From positions 67,685 through 131,684 of the forward strand of contig JALTFR010000032.1 of the NCBI GenBank assembly GCA_027006785.1: a stretch of DNA of 64,000 nucleotides, written 5' to 3'. The stretch's first letter is position 1. Each line of letters opens with the position of its first letter. Of this stretch, positions 8,829 through 18,386 are shown in pieces. The notes below the pieces were generated by a model. The model did not search any database, was not told where the DNA came from, and saw only the letters and a list, made by a program, of their open reading frames with translations. The translations under genes were made by a program, and so were the position numbers. The stretch comes from Thermoplasmata archaeon (lineage in GTDB: Archaea; Thermoplasmatota; Thermoplasmata; WALJ01).

Positions 8829-9426
8829 TTCCCAGCACTTCTTCGGCCTTTTTCCGATTCTTTGCCACATTTTCGTCAACATCACGGTACAGGCTGTTAC
8901 CGTGGGAATCTATGCCGACCACCAGCGGCCCAAGGTCTTCGGCCTCAAGTATCCATATTGCTTCCGGCATCCCGAACTCGAACCATTCGACACCGTGGAC
9001 CTTCTTGAAGGCGGTTGCAGCCAGGGCAGCAGCGCCTCCGGTCATGGCCAGATAGACCGCACCGTGCTCCTTCATGGACTCCACCGTTGGCTCGGACATG
9101 CCTCCCTTTCCTATTATTGCGCGAACTCCGAAGCGCTCTATGAAATCCGGTTCTAGGGAGTTCATCCTCGAACTGGTCGTCGGACCTGCGGCGATCACAC
9201 GCCATTCTCCGTTCTCGTCCTTCTTCATCACAGGCCCGCAGTGGAATAGCACCATGTTCCTGAAATCCAGGGGGGGCTTCTTCCCTTCCTTCGCAAGTTC
9301 CAGAGCATGTATGTGCACCTCATCCCTTCCTGTGTAGATCATCCCGCTGAGATACACTATATCTCCGGTCCTGAGCTTCCGGACATCTTCCTCATTTAGC
9401 GGTGTTGTGAAGTGGTATTCCATCTT
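8818..9426 (-). CDS. class I fumarate hydratase, beta (C-terminal) subunit
   Basis: Fe-S hydro-lyase beta-type segment (FHCGPV...AIIGKGGMSEP...GAVYLAMTGGAAALA). Start placed at MEYHFTT giving a TGATG overlap with the alpha subunit. Confidence 0.8.
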   Translation of the reverse strand, partial: KMEYHFTTPLNEEDVRKLRTGDIVYLSGMIYTGRDEVHIHALELAKEGKKPPLDFRNMVLFHCGPVMKKDENGEWRVIAAGPTTSSRMNSLEPDFIERFGVRAIIGKGGMSEPTVESMKEHGAVYLAMTGGAAALAATAFKKVHGVEWFEFGMPEAIWILEAEDLGPLVVGIDSHGNSLYRDVDENVAKNRKKAEEVLGISE

Positions 9427-10301
9427 TATCCCTCCATCTCCTCTATTCTGCCGTCCTCGTATATCTTCGCTCTCGCCCTTCTTCCTGTCCAGCACTGCGT
9501 GTTCACGGCAACAGGCAGGCTTGCGGTGTGGCAGTACGCATATTCAACCTTTACATCAAGAACCGTGGTCTTTCCACCGAGCCCCATGGGTCCTATGCCC
9601 GTCTCGTTCATGGCCTTCATCAGTTCCTCCTCAAGCTCTGCTATATCCTTCTCAGGATGCCTCTCGCCTATGGGTCTCAGAAGGGATTCCTTGGCTATGT
9701 GCATCGCTATGTCCGATGTCCCGCCTATGCCAACCCCTATTACCGTTGGAGTGCATGGCTTTCCACCTGACCTTATGACGCAGTCAAGCACGAATTCCTT
9801 TATCCCTTTCAGCCCCTGTGATGGCGTCAGCATCTTCATGAAGCTCATGTTCTCGGAACCCGCTCCCTTGGGGAATGCGATTATCTCCACATACGGGTCG
9901 TCGGTTGGGATGTAGTTTATGGCAGGCATGCCCTTCCCTATGTTGTTACCGGGATTCTTTCTTGTGATGGGGTGCACGGCATTGGGCCTTAGCGGAACCT
10001 CTTCAGTCGCCTTCTCAACCCCTTTCCTTATGGCCTTCTCGAACTCTGAGAATGAGGGTATCAGCCTGAGGTTTCCCTTAACGAAGAATATGTGCACGCC
10101 GGTGTCCTGGCAGAGCGGAAGCCCCTCGCTCTTCGCGAGCTCTATGTTCTTCATTATCGCCTTCATCTGCATCTTCGGGACCTCGCTGTCCTCCCGTTCA
10201 TAGGCCTCTTCAAGCGCTCTCACCACATCCGGCGGGCTTCCCGTGCTGGCCATTCTCAGCAGGTCCACCACGACCTTCGTGACGGTCTCTTTCTGGATCA
10301 T
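9426..10301 (-). CDS. class I fumarate hydratase, alpha (N-terminal) subunit
   Basis: Fe-S hydro-lyase alpha-type Cys-containing segment (LPLCQDTGVHIFFV, GGKPCTPTVIGVGIGG). Confidence 0.8.
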   Translation of the reverse strand: MIQKETVTKVVVDLLRMASTGSPPDVVRALEEAYEREDSEVPKMQMKAIMKNIELAKSEGLPLCQDTGVHIFFVKGNLRLIPSFSEFEKAIRKGVEKATEEVPLRPNAVHPITRKNPGNNIGKGMPAINYIPTDDPYVEIIAFPKGAGSENMSFMKMLTPSQGLKGIKEFVLDCVIRSGGKPCTPTVIGVGIGGTSDIAMHIAKESLLRPIGERHPEKDIAELEEELMKAMNETGIGPMGLGGKTTVLDVKVEYAYCHTASLPVAVNTQCWTGRRARAKIYEDGRIEEMEG

Positions 10302-10320
10302 ATGGGCACATCAGTGAAGG

Positions 10321-11304
10321 TTAATTAACGGTTTCGCCGATTATAGGATTCTTCCTTCCATCGCTGACAAGCACCACCCTGCTCGGCCTGTATTCCATCA
10401 CAACTTCCCTTCCGGTGTACTCCCCTATCTTCGCACCGAAGTCCCTTATCTCATCGTGGGACGGCATGTTGTCCATGCTCATCCGCTCTCTGGAATATCC
10501 TACGAACACATACCCCTTGGCCTCTATGAAGTCGGGGTCCGCCTTCTCGATGAGCTTCGCATACTCCTTTTCATAGCCCTGCATGTTCCAGTCCTTAACG
10601 AGCGTGTGCCTGATGACAGTCCGAGTGTCCAGCGAGGGAAGGAGTTCAAGTGTCTCATTCAACCTTTCCCAGCCATTCGGTATCATCGGCACAAGGAGTT
10701 CGTTGTAGACCTTTTCGTTGGGCGCTGCCACCGTGACATATAACTGCGTGGGCAACGGGTCAAGGTTCTCGATGGCCTTCGGAAGCGTGCCGTTCGTTAC
10801 CAGAAATGTCGTCATCCCTCTTTTGTGGGCCAGTTCTATGAACTCTCCGAGCCGGGGGTATATGGTGGGCTCGCCGCTGAGCGATATGGCTATCTGATTG
10901 GGATTGTATGCTTCCTCCCACATCTCCCTGCTCACCCTCGGGTCCCCTTTGAAACCCGATATCAGCTTTCTCTGGGCCTCTATGCTCTCCTCAAGTATGA
11001 ACTCGGGCTCATCCACCTGTTTGAGGGTGGATTCGTTGAACGCCTGGAACCTCCAGCAGAAGAGGCAGTTCTGGGTGCACTGGTTGAGCGCTGGCGACAT
11101 CTGAAGGCATCTATGGGACTGTATGCCGTAGAAGACCTCCTTGTAGCACGGCCTTCCGCGCACCAGTTTCTCCTTCAGCCAGTGGCAGAGCTTCACTCCG
11201 GAATGCTCTCCGACCACCCTGTAGTGCTGTTTCTCAAGTATCCTCTTAAGCTCGGGTTCCATGGGCCTGCTGATGAAAGCCGGTATATGTATCTTTGCAG
11301 GCAA
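10321..11304 (-). CDS. taw1: tRNA 4-demethylwyosine synthase (Taw1/TYW1), radical SAM
   Basis: CTQNCLFCWR radical SAM CxxxCxxC motif in the Taw1 context, plus conserved N-terminal HYRVVGEHSGVKLCHWLK of TYW1. Confidence 0.85.
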   Translation of the reverse strand: MPAKIHIPAFISRPMEPELKRILEKQHYRVVGEHSGVKLCHWLKEKLVRGRPCYKEVFYGIQSHRCLQMSPALNQCTQNCLFCWRFQAFNESTLKQVDEPEFILEESIEAQRKLISGFKGDPRVSREMWEEAYNPNQIAISLSGEPTIYPRLGEFIELAHKRGMTTFLVTNGTLPKAIENLDPLPTQLYVTVAAPNEKVYNELLVPMIPNGWERLNETLELLPSLDTRTVIRHTLVKDWNMQGYEKEYAKLIEKADPDFIEAKGYVFVGYSRERMSMDNMPSHDEIRDFGAKIGEYTGREVVMEYRPSRVVLVSDGRKNPIIGETVN

Positions 11305-11337
11305 AGCCTTAAATCCACCCGGTTCTGCGCTCTCCCG

Positions 11338-11727
11338 ATGATGCGGATACTTCTCATAGCGGCCGGCGGAGCGCTCGGCGCCCTTTTCAGATACTACCTG
11401 TCAGGCCTCCCTTACAGATACACGGAGGGCAGTTTTCCCTGGGGAACACTTCTGGTGAACCTTCTGGGTGCCTTCGTAATCGGCCTCATGTGGGGGCTGA
11501 CCGAGGATGAGAGCGTATCTCCATATCTCAAGTCCTTCGTGTTCATCGGGGTCATCGCATCCTTCACCACATTCTCCACCTTTGCACTGGAGAGCGCTCT
11601 CTTCATCCGGGATGGTGAAAATGCTCTGGCCGGAGCATACATCCTCATAATGAACCTCGGGATACTTCTGGTCTTTGCGGGACTCGCAAGTTCAAAATAC
11701 ATGAAGCTCATGGGGGGAAGCATATGA
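11338..11727 (+). CDS. crcB: fluoride ion channel CrcB/Fluc
   Basis: MMRILLIAAGGALGALFRYYLSG...FPWGTLLVNLLGAFVIG is the canonical CrcB signature; the listed ORF from 10825 is an artefactual 5' extension that runs antisense through taw1. Confidence 0.85.
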   Translation: MMRILLIAAGGALGALFRYYLSGLPYRYTEGSFPWGTLLVNLLGAFVIGLMWGLTEDESVSPYLKSFVFIGVIASFTTFSTFALESALFIRDGENALAGAYILIMNLGILLVFAGLASSKYMKLMGGSI

Positions 11728-12083
11728 GGGAAGGAATGAGGAAAGGTGACGATGCTGTCCTTGTCCGGATATACATCGGAGAACTGGACCGATATCACGG
11801 AAAGAGCCTTTGGGAAGAGATATTGAAGAAGGCGAGGGAGATGGGCCTGGCAGGTTGCACCGTGCTCCACGGAGTGGCCGGCTTCGGTGCCGCGAGCCAC
11901 CTGCACACCTCAAAGGTGCTCAGGCTTTCAGAGGACCTTCCTGTTCTCATAGAGATGGTGGACAGGCAGGACAAGATAGACGAGATAATGCCATTTCTGG
12001 AGGAAGTGGTCACCGACGGGCTGATAACCACGGAGAAAGTTAAGATAGTCAAGTATGTTCACAGCAAGGGCAGCAAGGCCTGA
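11724..12083 (+). CDS. DUF190 (PII-like) CrcB-associated protein
   Basis: VLVRIYIGELDRYHGKSLWEEILKKAREMGLAGCTVLHGVAGFG pattern of DUF190; translationally coupled (ATGA) to crcB. Confidence 0.75.
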   Translation: MREGMRKGDDAVLVRIYIGELDRYHGKSLWEEILKKAREMGLAGCTVLHGVAGFGAASHLHTSKVLRLSEDLPVLIEMVDRQDKIDEIMPFLEEVVTDGLITTEKVKIVKYVHSKGSKA

Positions 12084-12091
12084 GAGCGCAG
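12058..12091 (+). repeat. left copy of 34-bp imperfect direct repeat (covers last 8 codons and stop of the DUF190 gene)
   Basis: TTCACAGCAAGGGCAGCAAGGCCTGAGAGCGCAG; 31/34 identical to the copy at 18387..18420. Confidence 0.8.
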
Positions 12092-12137
12092 AAAAGAGAC
12101 AGTGCATCTTATAATATAAAAAATGTAAAAAGATTTA

Positions 12138-15100
12138 TTAGGACATATCTGCCGCATCCTCGTGTTCTAGCGGCTCTTCCGGTGTATGCGAATCGCTCTC
12201 AGACATCTCTGAACCCATATCCTCCAGATTCTCATGTTGATCCATATCTTCTCCTGTGGATTTCTCCTCAACAGGTGGTTTTTTGCGCATTTTCATCACA
12301 AGGACCAGAAGAGCCAGCGCTACCAGCACTATGAGAAGTAGCACCCACCATGGGAAGGAAGACTGGGTTTGAGAAGAGGACGATGGAGATGGGGGTGCGG
12401 GGCTCAGTATGGGGGTGACAGTCGTAGAATTTCCGGGCGTTATAGTTATGTGGAGTGTTGTGGTATTGTATCCATCTGCCTCAACTATTATCTCATATGC
12501 ACCTTCAGGAATGTTTTCTATGGCAAAATCTCCGTTATCGTCTGTAGACGAAGTCTTATCTGTTCCAACAACGGTTACTGTTGCATCCGCCACAGCATTG
12601 CCGTCCGAATCCTTTACAGTCCCTGTAAGAGTGCCTGTCTCCGATGTGTTATTTCCAGTATTATTGTCGAATCCGTCTTCACTCACTGTTGTAAATCTCC
12701 AAGAGTACGGAATAAGCGCGTTTCCCGCAGGGTCGTTTCCGGTAACGGTTACGGAGTATGTGGTGTTCTCGGCCAGATTCTCTGCAAGAGTGAATACCGC
12801 CGTATCGCCCGCCCATGAGAGGGTTCCAGATACGCCCACAATGGATATTGACACGCTGGATTTGTTCATGGGTTCCGAGAAGGTCACGGTTATAGCCGTA
12901 TTCACGGGGACCGATGTGCCATCCGGGGTGTGAGAGGTTACCTCCGGGGGCGTGGTATCGATGGTAAATGTGCTGTTCGTTATATTGAGGAATCCAACCC
13001 TGTCCGTGGCCCTTACCTCAACCAGATGCTCCCCGTCCTCCAGCCCCGTGAAGGTGTGCTCCGTATCCGTGCCGACATTTATCCACATCACCTTGTCAAT
13101 TCTCACAAGGTAGTACGCAACTCCTGACCACTCATCCGAACCGCTCCACTGAACAGTGACCGAACTCGAAGAGAGAAGTGCGTCCGCGCCGGGGGATGTA
13201 ATCTCCACCGTTGGCGTGGTTATGTCGTAGCCACACAGTATGTCCGCAGTGGTCTTTGCCTCGGCATTCCCGCTCATATCCGTGGCCACGCTCATGAACT
13301 GGTAGTAGCCCTCTCCGTTCGGGAACGTGAATACGACATCTGTGGAATTTGATGTTCCGGACAGCTTAATGGCATCGCCGAACTGCACCCAGTCGGACCA
13401 TGATGAATTGTCTTCTGAGTAGCGGTAGTGGAGTGTTATGTTCTTCAGCCCGGAGTTGTCCGTCGCGTTCAATGTCAGGGTTGTCTGTGTGTGCTGCCAG
13501 TATTTGGATAGCGGTTCAATGAAGGACGATGGGGGCTCGTTCTCCTTCTCCGTTGTGAATGAAACTCCTGCGGGTGCCCCTGCCATAGAATTGCCTGCTA
13601 AGTCCTTCGCCTCGGATACCGTGAATGTGTATGTTACGGAGTTCTGGAAATCCGCATGGGTCAGGGTGGCCGTGGTGTTGTTGTTTGACCATGAAACTGA
13701 CCAGCCGCCCGGGTCAGGAGAGCAGGAATAGGAGAATGTGGATATATCTATGCTCTCGCTGAAATTGAGGAGAATGGGCTGGCTAACTGGAACTCCAGTA
13801 GTCCCGTCCTCTGGGGTGCCGCTAACAATCTCCGGCGGAACCGCATCCACATCAAAGGTCACTGAGCGTATGGTCGTGTGTCCCGCGTAATCGGTCGCCC
13901 CGATCTCAACGGTGTATGTTCTGCTGGTCAGGTTCGTGAATGTGTGGCTGGTGCTGGCACCCGCCGATGCCCATGCCGGCTGGCCGGGCGTGATTCTATA
14001 CTGATAGTACGAGATTCCGCTCCCGGAGTCGCTCCCCGTCCATGATACAGTCACATTTCCGGTTACAAGAGAGCCTTCCGCAGGGGAATCTATAGTCAGG
14101 TCTGGCGGCAGCAAATCACCTATGGCGTACATTCTTCCGCTGGCGGAGCCCACATAGATAAGGCCGTCCGCAATTGCAGGGGAAGAGCGTATGTTGGCCC
14201 CGATTGCCATGTGCCACTTCTCCGTGCCGTCTGGATTCAGTGCGTAGATGTTCCCGTCGGCGGAGCCGAAGTAAATCGTGCCGTCCTGCCCAACCGCAGG
14301 GGAAGAGACTATTGCGCCTCCTGTGGTGAAGTTCCACTCGAACGATGGCTGGTTGGAAGAGACATTCAAGGCGTGCATAACCCCCTCGTCGTCACCGATG
14401 TAGAACATGCTGCCATCTGGGTTGAATGCCACGGTGCCCTCTATTCCCGAAGTGGCGGATATGTTGATCATTCCGAGAATGCTCCCGTCGCTCTGGCTGA
14501 GGCCGTAAAGCGCCCCGTCCATGCCGCAGATGAGAACGGCGTCGTCCCCGGCCAGAGTTGGTGATGATGTGATGTTGGCATCTATCGAGGTGTTCCAGAG
14601 TATCGTGCCGTATGGATTTACAGCGTATGTCTGGTCCTTGAATGTGGAGAAGAAGATCGTGCCCGTGCTGTTGATTACCGGCGATGAAACAACCGCGGCG
14701 TTCACGGAAACATTCCACTTCTCAACCCCGTCCGGATGTATGGCATAGAGCCTGTTGCTGAGTGTACCAGCATATACCGTGCCGTCGGAGGCGACCACAG
14801 GAGAGGAATCCACCATGCCGTTCAGTTCAATCTTCCATTTCAGTGTGCCGTTGGGGTTCAGGGCGTAAAGGTAGTTATCCCGTGCTCCGAAGTAAACGGT
14901 GCCGTCATCGGCTATGGCAGGGGATGAAGCGATTACAGGCGAAGCATCCGGATGATAGGCCCACTTCTCGGTTCCATTTGGGTTCAGGGCGTAGAAGGTG
15001 CCGTCATACGAGCCGAAGTAAACCGTGCCGTCCTCCGCTATCGCAGGGGAACTCCTGACCTCTCCGCTCGTGCTGAAGTTCCAGTACTCCCACGCGCCCT

Positions 15101-18100
15101 GTGAGCCGTTGAAGTCCCCTATGCCCGTGTGAGATGCATCGTGGTGGAACATGGGCCATCCGCCTGTCGCCAGATATGTGGGTGCAGAGCCCACAGGGAA
15201 GACGAGTGGATAGTTATCGGTACCTCCTGCACCGTTTATGCTGATATAGGGCACATCGCCTATGCCATCGGTTCCGGGTATGTTCTGGGACGGCCCGGAG
15301 TAATAGTCAGCGCCATTGTAGTCTGACCAGTAATTACCTCCGGTCGGGTAAGTGGCGTTCCACACATTGCTGCCGGTATCATCGTATGCCTGAATCCCGT
15401 TGTGTATGAAACTGTTATGATATATGTTGTTACCGGAGGAACTCTGGAGGTGGAGGCCGTACTGGCCATTGTATGCAACGGTGTTGTTGTATATGATACC
15501 ATTTGCAGTGTTGTATAAGTGTAAACCTTCAAAGGTGTTATGAGATATGGTATTATTGCACAGTTTCAGGTTGCTTGGACTATAGAGTGAAATTCCGTAC
15601 TGGGTGCTGTCGTTTCCTGTGACAGAATTGTTTTCAAGCGTCAAATATATATGACTAAATCCGCCGCTATTTTGGGCATATATGCCGAAGTATCCCTGAT
15701 TGGTCCTTATGGTGTTCCCGGAAATATTGAAATAATTCTGGCCAGTCACATAGGTCCCGTTCCCTTTTCCGTGATTCTCTATGTGGTTGTTATATATGTT
15801 GGCGAGATATGTATAGGAGAACCATATCGCGTTATTCGTGTCTTTCCAGTTGATTATGGTATTGCCCGTGACATTGATGTTCACGCCACTAAAGGAGTAC
15901 ACCGCTGCACCCGAGCTGTTAACAAAGGTGTTATCGGTTATGTTCATATGATACCCATCGAATCCCAGCCCTGCTCCCCATCTGTCCTCCGAGAAATAGT
16001 TGCCTACCACCTCGTCGGAACCCTTTCCCGTATAAACGGAAAACTCGCTGAGTATTCCGACGATTGAGTTGGAGATGTTATTCCCCGCAAATCTGTTCTT
16101 TCCGATACTGCCTGTCATGTATATGCCGTAGTATGCCTCTATTGTGCTGTTCTCCACAGTGTTGTTCCATGAATGGAGAATCTGCACGCCCACATACTCG
16201 TCGGTGAGCGTCTGGTTTCTTACGAGGACGCCGGTGCAGTTCGCAAGTATGACCTCGCCGGCACCCTCAGGCACGGTCCCGCCGGTCCGGTCCTTCCAGT
16301 AGTAGACGGGCCTGTCGTTCACGGTGTTGCTGGTGTCCAGAGTGTGGGATACCGCCAGATTTTTGTTAGGGGCATATATGTAGAAACTGGTGTGGAAGAG
16401 TTTGTTCTCCCGAAGAATCTCATGGAAACCCTCTATATAAATCCCCCGCTTTGCTGACCTCCAGTTCTCGTGAATCGTGTTGTTTAGAACGGTGTTGTAG
16501 TCGGAATATCGGTCCAGGTTTATGCCCCCTTGGTTGCTATTGTACCATATCGTGTTGTCGCTTATGTTGTTGTAGTCACTGACCGCATTCTGTGAGGAAT
16601 CGTCGCACTTTGCATCTATGCCCCACTGCCCGTTGAATGAGGCGTTGTTGCCGGTAACATTGTTCCAGCCAGCCCGGTCCATCACTATGCCGTCATTGGA
16701 ATTGGAATACGCATGGTTGTCCGTAACATTGTTGTATCTCGAATCGCTACCGATGGAGATGCCATTGTAGGAGTTCGAGTGGGCATCGTTTCCGCTTATA
16801 ATATTACAGTTACTGGAAACCACGGCGGTGATCCCGTCCCTGTGATTATTCCTCACCGTGTTGTCAGAGAAGGTGTTGTGGCTTGCGCCGTACAGGACGA
16901 GGCCGTAATTGTTCTCATAGGCCGTGTTGCCGTGGACATAAATGCCTGTGGAATTTCTGACATATACGGCATAGTTGTTGTTATTTCTCCCGAGGGTGTT
17001 GTAAACCTCGCCGGCCGTTGCGTTGAATACCACTATACCGGTATCCGGGAAATACGGGAATGTGTTGACTCCCGAGGCGTTGTGAACCACCACATCGCTT
17101 ACGATGAAGTTTTTGGTGGTGTTCCCTATGTAGATGCAGTACCCGTATCCCTCACCGTCTATGTCGTAATTGGATATAACATAAGGGTTGCCCGGGCTTC
17201 CGTCTCCCGAAGATACCCCGTGCTCCGAATCGAACTCCGTGTCGTTATTTATCCGGATAGGTTTGCGGATGTACTTCATTATCGGGTAGCTGTCCGTGAC
17301 AGCGTTGGAGTATTCGGTATCGCCTATGCCGTCGCTGCCTGAGATGTTCTGACCGGGGCCGTGATACGCATCGCTTCCCGTGTAGTCGGACCAGTGGTTG
17401 CCTCCGCCGGGGTATGAGAGATTCCAGCGGTTGTGGGAATTGTCGTTCTCAAAGCCATTCGGATGTTGCCAGTCTCCATTGTACAGAATGTTGTTGTGAT
17501 ACACCAGGCTTCCGGAGGACTGGTGGTCAAACACAATCCCGTAATACCTGGAATGCACCACCGTGTTCCCGACAATCGTGTTGTTATTGCTGGAATAGGT
17601 GCACGCAATTCCGACATTGCCGGCATAGAGGACCGTGTTCCACGCTACAGTATTGTTGGAGCAACTCACATAGAGACCTATCGAGGTTCCGCTACCGTGT
17701 CCGACCATGTTGTTGGATATTGTATTGTTGGATGCTTCGTAAAGAACTATGTCTCCCGTATTGTCGCTCATGGTGTTGTGGTCGACAATGTTTCCGGTGG
17801 ACTCCCTCATGTATATGCCATAGTTGTCGCAGTTCTCCATGATGTTGCCATACACAGAAGCATTGGTCACATTGTACAGGACGAGTCCGCCATCAGGGTA
17901 GTAGGGAATGCTGTTCTTCCCGCTGGCATTGTTGAAATAGCTGTTTCTCACTATGAAATTGACTGTTGTATTGCCTATGTAAAGGCAGTAGCCATAACCG
18001 GTTCCATTGATTGCATAGTTCTCTATAATATATGGGTCAGAGGCGTTCCCGCTCCCATTCCACCCTTGGTATGCTACTTCATTCAGGAAATCACTATTGT

Positions 18101-18257
18101 TATTTATTCGTATGGGGTTTTGGGTTTTGTATGTTGGTGCTGAAGTAACGGGCTGAGAAAATGCTGTTTGTGCGTCTCTACTGTCGCTGCTCGCCACCAT
18201 AGCCAAACCGCTCACAAGGAGCATTCCTATAATCAAGATGGATAGAATTCTTTTCAA
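12138..18257 (-). CDS. giant (2039 aa) cell-surface protein: signal peptide, two tandem NosD/disaggregatase-like parallel beta-helix modules, PQQ-like beta-propeller, several Ig-like domains, carboxypeptidase-regulatory-like domain, Pro/Ser linker, C-terminal TM anchor and acidic cytoplasmic tail
   Basis: N-terminal MKRILSILIIGMLLVSGLAMVASS signal; Asn/Gly/Thr-rich right-handed beta-helix coils (NNTISNNMV, GNTV...) in two ~300-aa tandem copies, each ending in a xGxDGIGDxxY motif; about eight GTVYFGSxDGxLYALNPxGTxKW repeats; Ig-like PPEI/PPEV modules; TGTVKDSDGNAVADATVTVVG; WWVLLLIVLVALALLVLVM then KMRKKPP and acidic tail. Confidence 0.85.
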   Translation of the reverse strand: MKRILSILIIGMLLVSGLAMVASSDSRDAQTAFSQPVTSAPTYKTQNPIRINNNSDFLNEVAYQGWNGSGNASDPYIIENYAINGTGYGYCLYIGNTTVNFIVRNSYFNNASGKNSIPYYPDGGLVLYNVTNASVYGNIMENCDNYGIYMRESTGNIVDHNTMSDNTGDIVLYEASNNTISNNMVGHGSGTSIGLYVSCSNNTVAWNTVLYAGNVGIACTYSSNNNTIVGNTVVHSRYYGIVFDHQSSGSLVYHNNILYNGDWQHPNGFENDNSHNRWNLSYPGGGNHWSDYTGSDAYHGPGQNISGSDGIGDTEYSNAVTDSYPIMKYIRKPIRINNDTEFDSEHGVSSGDGSPGNPYVISNYDIDGEGYGYCIYIGNTTKNFIVSDVVVHNASGVNTFPYFPDTGIVVFNATAGEVYNTLGRNNNNYAVYVRNSTGIYVHGNTAYENNYGLVLYGASHNTFSDNTVRNNHRDGITAVVSSNCNIISGNDAHSNSYNGISIGSDSRYNNVTDNHAYSNSNDGIVMDRAGWNNVTGNNASFNGQWGIDAKCDDSSQNAVSDYNNISDNTIWYNSNQGGINLDRYSDYNTVLNNTIHENWRSAKRGIYIEGFHEILRENKLFHTSFYIYAPNKNLAVSHTLDTSNTVNDRPVYYWKDRTGGTVPEGAGEVILANCTGVLVRNQTLTDEYVGVQILHSWNNTVENSTIEAYYGIYMTGSIGKNRFAGNNISNSIVGILSEFSVYTGKGSDEVVGNYFSEDRWGAGLGFDGYHMNITDNTFVNSSGAAVYSFSGVNINVTGNTIINWKDTNNAIWFSYTYLANIYNNHIENHGKGNGTYVTGQNYFNISGNTIRTNQGYFGIYAQNSGGFSHIYLTLENNSVTGNDSTQYGISLYSPSNLKLCNNTISHNTFEGLHLYNTANGIIYNNTVAYNGQYGLHLQSSSGNNIYHNSFIHNGIQAYDDTGSNVWNATYPTGGNYWSDYNGADYYSGPSQNIPGTDGIGDVPYISINGAGGTDNYPLVFPVGSAPTYLATGGWPMFHHDASHTGIGDFNGSQGAWEYWNFSTSGEVRSSPAIAEDGTVYFGSYDGTFYALNPNGTEKWAYHPDASPVIASSPAIADDGTVYFGARDNYLYALNPNGTLKWKIELNGMVDSSPVVASDGTVYAGTLSNRLYAIHPDGVEKWNVSVNAAVVSSPVINSTGTIFFSTFKDQTYAVNPYGTILWNTSIDANITSSPTLAGDDAVLICGMDGALYGLSQSDGSILGMINISATSGIEGTVAFNPDGSMFYIGDDEGVMHALNVSSNQPSFEWNFTTGGAIVSSPAVGQDGTIYFGSADGNIYALNPDGTEKWHMAIGANIRSSPAIADGLIYVGSASGRMYAIGDLLPPDLTIDSPAEGSLVTGNVTVSWTGSDSGSGISYYQYRITPGQPAWASAGASTSHTFTNLTSRTYTVEIGATDYAGHTTIRSVTFDVDAVPPEIVSGTPEDGTTGVPVSQPILLNFSESIDISTFSYSCSPDPGGWSVSWSNNNTTATLTHADFQNSVTYTFTVSEAKDLAGNSMAGAPAGVSFTTEKENEPPSSFIEPLSKYWQHTQTTLTLNATDNSGLKNITLHYRYSEDNSSWSDWVQFGDAIKLSGTSNSTDVVFTFPNGEGYYQFMSVATDMSGNAEAKTTADILCGYDITTPTVEITSPGADALLSSSSVTVQWSGSDEWSGVAYYLVRIDKVMWINVGTDTEHTFTGLEDGEHLVEVRATDRVGFLNITNSTFTIDTTPPEVTSHTPDGTSVPVNTAITVTFSEPMNKSSVSISIVGVSGTLSWAGDTAVFTLAENLAENTTYSVTVTGNDPAGNALIPYSWRFTTVSEDGFDNNTGNNTSETGTLTGTVKDSDGNAVADATVTVVGTDKTSSTDDNGDFAIENIPEGAYEIIVEADGYNTTTLHITITPGNSTTVTPILSPAPPSPSSSSQTQSSFPWWVLLLIVLVALALLVLVMKMRKKPPVEEKSTGEDMDQHENLEDMGSEMSESDSHTPEEPLEHEDAADMS

Positions 18258-18285
18258 ACTCTCACCTCGAAGTATTCGACCATAT

Positions 18286-18306
18286 GCATAAACTATATAA
18301 AACTTT
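18286..18306 (-). promoter_or_regulatory. putative BRE/TATA promoter of the giant surface-protein gene
   Basis: On the minus strand, GAAAAGTTTTATATAG lies ~30-45 nt upstream of the ATG at 18257, within a 130-nt AT-rich (>75% AT) intergenic region. Confidence 0.4.
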
Positions 18307-18386
18307 TCTACAAAGAATTAATAAAACTTTTATATAATATATTAAAAAAATAATATTTAAAAATTAATTTTATAGAGCCCTTCCAT

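Noticed and set aside
10825-11337. Long 5' extension of the crcB ORF (300-aa listed ORF)
   Set aside because: The extension runs antisense through taw1 and has no CrcB homology; the real start is the ATG pair at 11338/11341.
11250-11337. Possible fluoride riboswitch upstream of crcB
   Set aside because: Only a CUGAUGA-like fragment is present, inside the taw1 coding region; the conserved 5' GGCGAUG-type motif and pseudoknot partners were not found. Left as a check item only.
12369-18143. Multiple 60-236-aa ORFs on the + strand inside the giant gene (e.g. 16713..17342, 17433..18143)
   Set aside because: They are Val/Ile/Gly-rich mirror images of the Asn/Thr/Gly-rich beta-helix codons on the coding strand; no independent start signals.
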